From: Tubulanus polymorphus
Taxonomy: Eukaryota; Animalia; Nemertea
Assembly (NCBI RefSeq): GCF_964204645.1
Contig: NC_134031.1
Span: 21,422,017-21,486,016, forward strand
Direction: 5' to 3'
Length of the DNA stretch: 64,000 bases
The stretch's first letter is position 1; the number at the start of each line of letters is the position of its first letter. Made by a program: the position numbers and the translations under genes. A model generated the notes under the pieces. It did no database searches and was not told where the DNA came from. It saw only the letters and a list, made by a program, of their open reading frames with translations. Positions 54,800 through 64,000 of this stretch are shown piece after piece.

Positions 54800-57700
54800 A
54801 TGGACTCAATCTGAAAAGATGGGCTGAGGCGTATTGAACTGATTTCAAATAGATAGGTGGAAAGATTAAGAATTTTCTGGCTATTTATGCTCCTGAAGAT
54901 GATGGACTCGATCTGAAATGATAGGTTAAGGTAAACTGAACTGATTTCGAGTAGATGGACTGAAAGATACAGATTTTTCTTGCAAAATAGGGTCCTAAAG
55001 ATGATGAATTCTATCTTAATTGATGGGTTAGGTTGTACTGAACTGATTTCAAATAGATAGGTTAAAAGAATCAGAATTTTCTGGCTGCTTTTGGTTCTGA
55101 AGATGATGGATTCAATCTGAAAAGATGTGTTAAGGCGTATTGAACTGATTTAAAATAGATAGGTGGAAAGATTAAGAATTTTCTGGCTATTTATGCTCCT
55201 GAAGATGATGGACTCGATCTGAAATGATAGGTTAAGGTAAACTGAAATGATTTCGAGTAGATGGACTGAAAGATACAGATTTTTCTTGCAAAATAGGGTC
55301 CTAAAGATGATGAATTCTATCTTAATTGATGGGTTAGGTTGTACTGAACTGATTTCAAATAGATAGGTTAAAAGATTAAGAATTTTCTGGCTGCCTTTGG
55401 TTCTGAAGAAGATGGACTCAATCTGAAAAGATGGGCTAAGGCGTATTGAACTGATTTCAAATAGATAGGTGGAAAGATTAAGAATTTTCTGGCTATTTAT
55501 GCTCCTGAAGATGATGGACTCGATCTGAAATGATAGGTTAAGGTAAACTGAACTGATTTCGAGTAGATGGACAGAAAGATACAGATTTTTCTTGGAAAAC
55601 AGGGTCCTAAAGATGATGAGTTCTATCTTAATTGATGGGTTAGGGTGTACTGAACTGATTTCAAATAGATTGGTTGAAAGATTAAGAACTTTCTGGCTGC
55701 TTTTGGTTCTGAAGATGATGGATTCAATCTGAAAAGATGGGTTAAGGCGTATTGAACTGATTTCAAATGGATAGGTGGAAAGATTAAGAATTTTCTGGCT
55801 ATTTATGCTCCTGAAGATGATGGACTCGATCTGAAATGATAGGTTAAGGTAAACTGAACTGATTTCGAGTAGATGGACTGAAAGATACAGATTTTTCTTG
55901 CAAAATAGGGTCCTAAAGATGATGAATTCTATCTTAATTGATGGGTTAGGGTGAACTGAACTGATTTCAAATCGATAGGTGGAAAGAATCAGAATTTTCT
56001 GGCTGCCTTTGGTTCTGAAGATGATGGACTCAATCTGAAAAGATGGGCTAAGGCGTATTGAACTGATTTCAAATAGATAGGTGGAAAGATTAAGAATTTT
56101 CTGGCTATTTATGCTCCTGAAAATGATGGACTCGATCTGAAATGATAGGTTAAGGTAAACTGAACTGATTTCGAGTAGATGGACTGAAAGATACAGATTT
56201 TTCTTGCAAAATAGGGTCCTAAAGATGATGAATTCTATCTTAATTGATGGGTTAGGGTGTACTGAACTGATTTCAAATAGATAGGTTGAAAGAATCAGAA
56301 TTTTCTGGCTGCTTTTGGTTCTGAAGATGATGGATTCAATCTGAAAAGATGTGTTAAGGCGTATTGAACTGATTTCAAATAGATAGGTGGAAAGATTAAG
56401 AATTTTCTGGCTATTTATGCTCCTGAAGATGATGGACTCGATCTGAAATGATAGGTTAAGGTAGACTGAACTGATTTCGAGTAGATGGACTGAAAGATAC
56501 AGATTTTTCTTGCAAAATAGGGTCCTAAAGATGATGAGTTCTATCTTAATTGATGGGTTAGGGTGTACTGAACTGATTTCAAATAGATAGGTTGAAAGAA
56601 TCAGAATTTTCTGGCTGCTTTTGGTTCTGAAGATGATGGATTCAATCTGAAAAGATGGGTTAAGGCGTATTGAACTGATGTCAAATAGATAGGTGGAAAG
56701 ATTAAGAATTTTCTGGCTATTTATGCTCCTGAAGATGATGGACTCGATCTGAAATGATAGGTTAAGGTAGACTGAACTGATTTCGAGTAGATGGACTGAA
56801 AGATACAGATTTTTCTTGCAAAATAGGGTCCTAAAGATGATGAATTCTATCTTAATTGATGGGTTAGGTTGTACTGAACTGATTTCAAATAGATAGATTA
56901 AAATAATCAGAATTTTCTAACTGCTTTTGGTTCTGAAGATGATGGATTCAATCTGAAAAGATGTGTTAAGGCGTATTGAACTGATTTAAAATAGATAGGT
57001 GGAAAGATTAAGAATTTTCTGGCTATTTATGCTCCTGAAGATGATGGACTCGATCTGAAATGATAGGTTAAGGTAGACTGAACTGATTTCGAGTAGATGG
57101 ACTGAAAGATACAGATTTTTCTTGCAAAATAGGGTCCTAAAGATGATGAGTTCTATCTTAATTAATGGGTTAGGGTGAACTGAACTGATTTCAAATAGAT
57201 AGGTGGAAAGATTAAGAATTTTCTGGCTGCCTTTGGTTCTGAAGATGATGGACTCAATCTGAAAAGATGGGCTAAGGCGTATTGAACTGATTTCAAATAG
57301 ATAGGTGGAAAGATTAAGAATTTTCTGGCTATTTATGCTCCTGAAGATGATGGACTCGATCTGAAATGATAGGTTAAGGTAAACTGAACTGATTTCGAGT
57401 AGATGGACTGAAAGATACAGATTTTTCTTGCAAAATAGGGTCCTAAAGATGATGAATTCTATCTTAATTGATGGGTTAGGGTGTACTGAACTGATTTCAA
57501 ATAGATAGGTTGAAAGATTAAGAACTTTCTGGCTGCTTTTGGTTCTGAAGATGATGGATTCAATCTGAAAAGATGGGTTAAGGCGTATTGAACTGATTTC
57601 AAATGGATAGGTGGAAAGATTAAGAATTTTCTGGCTATTTATGCTCCTGAAGATGATGGACTCGATCTGAAATGATAGGTTAAGGTAAACTGAACTGATT

Positions 57701-60700
57701 TCGAGTAGATGGACTGAAAGATACAGATTTTTCTTGCAAAATAGGGTCCTAAAGATGATGAATTCTATCTTAATTGATGGGTTAGGGTGAACTGAATTGA
57801 TTTCAAATAGATAGGTGGAAAGAATCAGAATTTTCTGGCTGCCTTTGGTTCTGAAGATGATGGACTCAATCTGAAAAGATGGGCTAAGGCGTATTGAACT
57901 GATTTCAAATAGATAGGTGGAAAGATTAAGAATTTTCTGGCTATTTATGCTCCTGAAGATGATGGACTCGATCTGAAATGATAGGTTAAGGTAAACTGAA
58001 CTGATTTCGAGTAGATGGACTGAAAGATACAGATTTTTCTTGCAAAATAGGGTCCTAAAGATGATGAATTCTATCTTAATTGATGGGTTAGGGTGTACTG
58101 AACTGATTTCAAATAGATAGGTTGAAAGATTAAGAATTTTCTGGCTGCTTTTGGTTCTGAAGATGATGGATTCAATCTGAAAAGATGTGTTAAGGCGTAT
58201 TGAACTGATTTCAAATAGATAGGTGGAAAGATTAAGAATTTTCTGGCTATTTATGCTCCTGAAGATGATGGACTCGATCTGAAATGATAGGTTAAGGTAA
58301 ACTGAACTGATTTCGAGCAGATGGACTGAAAGATACAGATTTTCCTTGCAAAATAGGGTCCTAAAGATGATGAGTTCTATCTTAATTGATGGGTTAGGGT
58401 GTACTGAACTGATTTCAAATAGATAGGTTGAAAGAATCAGAATTTTCTGGCTGCTTTTGGTTCTGAAGATGATGGATTCAATCTGAAAAGATGTGTTAAG
58501 GCGTATTGAACTGATTTCAAATAGATAGGTGGAAAGATTAAGAATTTTCTGGCTATTTATGCTCCTGAAGATGATGGACTCGATCTGAAATGATAGGTTA
58601 AGGTAAACTGAACTGATTCCGAGCAGATGGACTGAAAGATACAGATTTTTCTTGCAAAATAGGGTCCTAAAGATGATGAGTTCTATCTTAATTGATGGGT
58701 TAGGGTGTACTGAACTGATTTCAAATAGATAGGTGGAAAGATTAAGAATTTTCTGGTTATTTATGCTCCTGAAGATGATGGACTCGATCTGAAATGATAG
58801 GTTAAGGTAAACTGAACTGATTTCGAGTAGATGGACTGAAAGATACAGATTTTTCTTGCAAAATAGGGTCCTAAAGATGATGAGTTCAATCTTAATTGAT
58901 GGGTTAGGTTGTACTGAACTGATTTCAAATAGATAGGTGGAAAGATTAAGAATTTTCTGGTTATTTATGCTCCTGAAGATGATGGACTCGATCTGAAATG
59001 ATAGGTTAAGGTAAACTGAACTGATTTCGAGTAGATGGACTGAAAGATACAGATTTTTCTTGCAAAATAGGGTCCTAAAGATGATGAATTCTATCTTAAT
59101 TGATGGGTTAGGGTGTACTGAACTGATTTCAAATAGATAGGTTGAAAGAATCAGAATTTTCTGGCTGCTTTTGGTTCTGAAGATGATGGATTCAATCTGA
59201 AAAGATGTGTTAAGGCGTATTGAACTGATTTCAAATAGATAGGTGGAAAGATTAAGAATTTTCTGGCTATTTATGCTCCTGAAGATGATGGACTCGATCT
59301 GAAATGATAGGTTAAGGTAGACTGAACTGATTTCGAGTAGATGGACTGAAAGATACAGATTTTTCTTGCAAAATAGGGTCCTAAAGATGATGAATTCTAT
59401 CTTAATTGATGGGTTAGGGTGTACTGAACTGATTTCAAATAGATAGGTTGAAAGAATCAGAATTTTCTGGCTGCTTTTGGTTCTGAAGATGATGGATTCA
59501 ATCTGAAAAGATGGGTTAAGGCGTATTGAACTGATGTCAAATAGATAGGTGGAAAGATTAAGAATTTTCTGGCTATTTATGCTCCTGAAGATGATGGACT
59601 CGATCTGAAATGATAGGTTAAGGTAAACTGAACTGATTTCGAGTAGATGGACTGAAAGATACAGATTTTTCTTGCAAAATAGGGTCCTAAAGATGATGAA
59701 TTCTATCTTAATTGATGGGTTAGGTTGTACTGAACTGATTTCAAATAGATAGGTTAAAAGAATCAGAATTTTCTGGCTGCTTTTGGTTCTGAAGATGATG
59801 GATTCAATCTGAAAAGATGTGTTAAGGCGTATTGAACTGATTTAAAATAGATAGGTGGAAAGATTAAGAATTTTCTGGCTATTTATGCTCCTGAAGATGA
59901 TGGACTCGATCTGAAATGATAGGTTAAGGTAGACTGAACTGATTTCGAGTAGATGGACTGAAAGATACAGATTTTTCTTGCAAAATAGGGTCCTAAAGAT
60001 GATGAGTTCTATCTTAATTGATGGGTTAGGGTGAACTGAACTGATTTCAAATAGATAGGTGGAAAGATTAAAAATTTTCTGGCTGCCTTTGGTTCTGAAG
60101 ATGATGGACTCAATCTGAAAAGATGGGCTAAGGCGTATTGAACTGATTTCAAATAGATAGGTGGAAAGATTAAGAATTTTCTGGCTATTTATGCTCCTGA
60201 AGATGATGGACTCGATCTGAAATGATAGGTTAAGGTAAACTGAACTTATTTCGAGTAGATGGACTGAAAGATACAGATTTTTCTTGCAAAATAGGGTCCT
60301 AAAGATGATGAATTCTATCTTAATTGATGGGTTAGGGTGTACTGAACTGATTTCAAATAGATAGGTTGAAAGATTAAGAACTTTCTGGCTGCTTTTGGTT
60401 CTGAAGATGATGGATTCAATCTGAAAAGATGGGTTAAGGCGTATTGAACTGATTTCAAATGGATAGGTGGAAAGATTAAGAATTTTCTGGCTATTTATGC
60501 TCCTGAAGATGATGGACTCGATCTGAAATGATAGGTTAAGGTAAACTGAACTGATTTCGAGTAGATGGACAGAAAGATACAGATTTTTCTTGCAAAATAG
60601 GGTCCTAAAGATGATGAATTCTATCTTAATTGATGGGTTAGGGTGAACTGAATTGATTTCAAATAGATAGGTGGAAAGAATCAGAATTTTCTGGCTGCCT

Positions 60701-63700
60701 TTGGTTCTGAAGATGATGAACTCAATCTGAAAAGATGGGCTAAGGCGTATTGAACTGATTTCAAATAGATAGGTGGAAAGATTAAGAATTTTCTGGCTAT
60801 TTATGCTCCTGAAGATGATGGACTCGATCTGAAATGATAGGTTAAGGTAAACTGAACTGATTTCGAGTAGATGGACTGAAAGATACAGATTTTTCTTGCA
60901 AAATAGGGTCCTAAAGATGATGAATTCTATCTTAATTGATGGGTTAGGGTGTACTGAACTGATTTCAAATAGATAGGTTGAAAGATTAAGAATTTTCTGG
61001 CTGCTTTTGGTTCTGAAGATGATGGATTCAATCTGAAAAGATGTGTTAAGGCGTATTGAACTGATTTCAAATAGATAGGTGGAAAGATTAAGAATTTTCT
61101 GGCTATTTATGCTCCTGAAGATGATGGACTCGATCTGAAATGATAGGTTAAGGTAAACTGAACTGATTTCGAGCAGATGGACTGAAAGATACAGATTTTT
61201 CTTGCAAAATAGGGTCCTAAAGATGATGAGTTCTATCTTAATTGATGGGTTAGGGTGTACTGAACTGATTTCAAATAGATAGGTTGAAAGAATCAGAATT
61301 TTCTGGCTGCTTTTGGTTCTGAAGATGATGGATTCAATCTGAAAAGATGTGTTAAGGCGTATTGAACTGATTTCAAATAGATAGGTGGAAAGATTAAGAA
61401 TTTTCTGGCTATTTATGCTCCTGAAGATGATGGACTCGATCTGAAATGATAGGTTAAGGTAAACTGAACTGATTCCGAGCAGATGGACTGAAAGATACAG
61501 ATTTTTCTTGCAAAATAGGGTCCTAAAGATGATGAGTTCTATCTTAATTGATGGGTTAGGGTGTACTGAACTGATTTCAAATAGATAGGTTGAAAGATTA
61601 AGAACTTTCTGGCTGCTTTTGGTTCTGAAGATGATGGATTCAATCTGAAAAGATGGGTTAAGGCGTATTGAACTGATTTCAAATGGATAGGTGGAAAGAT
61701 TAAGAATTTTCTGGCTATTTATGCTCCTGAAGATGATGGACTCGATCTGAAATGATAGGTTAAGGTAAACTGAACTGATTTCGAGTAGATGGACAGAAAG
61801 ATACAGATTTTTCTTGCAAAATAGGGTCCTAAAGATGATGAATTCTATCTTAATTGATGGGTTAGGGTGAACTGAATTGATTTCAAATAGATAGGTGGAA
61901 AGAATCAGAATTTTCTGGCTGCCTTTGGTTCTGAAGATGATGGACTCAATCTGAAAAGATGGGCTAAGGCGTATTGAACTGATTTCAAATAGATAGGTGG
62001 AAAGATTAAGAATTTTCTGGCTATTTATGCTCCTGAAGATGATGGACTCGATCTGAAATGATAGGTTAAGGTAAACTGAACTGATTTCGAGTAGATGGAC
62101 TGAAAGATACAGATTTTTCTTGCAAAATAGGGTCCTAAAGATGATGAATTCTATCTTAATTGATGGGTTAGGGTGTACTGAACTGATTTCAAATAGATAG
62201 GTTGAAAGATTAAGAATTTTCTGGCTGCTTTTGGTTCTGAAGATGATGGATTCAATCTGAAAAGATGTGTTAAGGCGTATTGAACTGATTTCAAATAGAT
62301 AGGTGGAAAGATTAAGAATTTTCTGGCTATTTATGCTCCTGAAGATGATGGACTCGATCTGAAATGATAGGTTAAGGTAAACTGAACTGATTTCGAGCAG
62401 ATGGACTGAAAGATACAGATTTTTCTTGCAAAATAGGGTCCTAAAGATGATGAGTTCTATCTTAATTGATGGGTTAGGGTGTACTGAACTGATTTCAAAT
62501 AGATAGGTGGAAAGATTAAGAATTTTCTGGTTATTTATGCTCCTGAAGATGATGGACTCGATCTGAAATGATAGGTTAAGGTAAACTGAACTGATTTCGA
62601 GTAGATGGACTGAAAGATACAGATTTTTCTTGCAAAATAGGGTCCTAAAGATGATGAGTTCAATCTTAATTGATGGGTTAGGTTGTACTGAACTGATTTC
62701 AAATAGATAGGTGGATAGATTAAGAATTTTCTGGTTATTTATGCTCCTGAAGATGATGGACTCGATCTGAAATGATAGGTTAAGGTAAACTGAACTGATT
62801 TCGAGTAGATGGACTGAAAGATACAGATTTTTCTTGCAAAATAGGGTCCTAAAGATGATGAATTCTATCTTAATTGATGGGTTAGGGTGTACTGAACTGA
62901 TTTCAAATAGATAGGTTGAAAGAATCAGAATTTTCTGGCTGCTTTTGGTTCTGAAGATGATGGATTCAATCTGAAAAGATGTGTTAAGGCGTATTGAACT
63001 GATTTCAAATAGATAGGTGGAAAGATTAAGAATTTTCTGGCTATTTATGCTCCTGAAGATGATGGACTCGATCTGAAATGATAGGTTAAGGTAGACTGAA
63101 CTGATTTCGAGTAGATGGACTGAAAGATACAGATTTTTCTTGCAAAATAGGGTCCTAAAGATGATGAATTCTATCTTAATTGATGGGTTAGGGTGTACTG
63201 AACTGATTTCAAATGGATAGGTGGAAAGATTAAGAATTTTCTGGCTATTTATGCTCCTGAAGATGATGGACTCGATCTGAAATGATAGGTAAAGATAAAC
63301 TGAACTGATTTCGAGTAGATGGACTGAAAGATACAGATTTTTCTTGCAAAATATGGTCCTAAAGATGATGAGTTCTATCTTAATTGATGGGTTAGGGTGT
63401 ACTGAACTGATTTCAAATAGATAGGTTGAGAGAATCAGAATTTTCTGGCTGCTTTTGGTTCTGAAGATGATGGATTCAATCTGAAAAGATGTGTTAAGGC
63501 GTATTGAACTGATTTCAAATAGATAGGTGGAAAGATTAAGAATTTTCTGGTTATTTATGCTCCTGAAGATGATGGACTCGATCTGAAATGATAGGTTAAG
63601 GTAAACTGAACTGATTTCGAGTAGATGGACTGAAAGATACAGATTTTTCTTGCAAAATAGGGTCCTAAAGATGATGAATTCTATCTTAATTGATGGGTTA

Positions 63701-64000
63701 GGGTGTACTGAACTGATTTCAAATAGATAGGTTGAAAGAATCAGAATTTTCTGGCTGCTTTTGGTTCTGAAGATGATGGATTCAATCTGAAAAGATGTGT
63801 TAAGGCGTATTGAACTGATTTCAAATAGATAGGTGGAAAGATTAAGAATTTTCTGGCTATTTATGCTCCTGAAGATGATGGACTCGATCTGAAATGATAG
63901 GTTAAGGTAGACTGAACTGATTTCGAGTAGATGGACTGAAAGATACAGATTTTTCTTGCAAAATAGGGTCCTAAAGATGATGAGTTCTATCTTAATTGAT
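54800..64000. repeat. Indel-free sub-domain with its own variant set; duplications of 2856 bp (28 monomers), 1224 bp (12) and 3774 bp (37)
   Basis: GATTCCGAG at 58619/61475, TGAATTGA at 57797/60653/61877, TTAGGTTGT at 56869/59725, GGACAGAAAG at 60571/61795 and CTGGTTATT at 58757/62531. Confidence 0.85.

Larger units (their letters stand above)
1..64000. repeat. Tandem satellite array: 102-bp monomer organised mainly as a 306-bp A-B-C trimer; truncated at both window edges
   Basis: CTCCTGAAGATGATGGACTCG at 1 recurs at 307, 613 and onward. Related monomer starts are GTCCTAAAGATGATG (103) and GTTCTGAAGATGATG (205). All monomers share AAGATGATG and TGAACTGATTT at the same offsets. About 182 trimers plus 40 dimers account for the 626 monomers before the last A. 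Orientation is the same throughout. Confidence 0.99.

Noticed and set aside
1-64000. CRISPR array
   Set aside because: The sequence between conserved blocks is itself repeated. There are no unique spacers, leader or cas genes.
1-64000. TALE, TPR, PPR or ankyrin repeat gene suggested by the 34-codon period
   Set aside because: The frames I translated show no LTPxQVVAIAS (TALE), TPLH (ankyrin) or the small-residue/aromatic helical pattern of TPR/PPR. The open frame has almost no Ala or Gly.
1-64000. Embedded transposon, inversion or unique island
   Set aside because: None seen. Monomer phase bookkeeping closes exactly across the window, leaving no room for a non-102-multiple insertion.

Overview
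The entire 64-kb window is one uninterrupted head-to-tail tandem array (satellite DNA) of a 102-bp monomer, about 627 copies, running off both ends. There is no unique sequence, inversion or inserted element. Three diverged monomer types (A 1-102, B 103-204, C 205-306; about 75-84% identical by my hand alignment) form a 306-bp trimer whose copies are nearly identical. About 40 units are 204-bp dimers lacking one monomer. The consensus is about 35% GC with a strong + strand G>C skew (about 75 G to 32 C per trimer). Only three kinds of small indel occur (9 copies of +A, 10 copies of +T, one 6-bp deletion), and their net +13 exactly predicts the monomer phase at base 64000. Shared rare variants reveal multi-kb higher-order repeats (periods of 28 to 42 monomers) arranged in lineage domains, plus blocks copied over 17-23 kb. 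The long minus-strand ORFs (34-aa repeat) arise because one frame of the consensus has no stop codon. Their starts and ends are set by the indels and point variants, and I do not call them genes. The overall picture resembles a eukaryotic centromeric or heterochromatic satellite, but organism and function cannot be determined from this window. All counts were made by hand.
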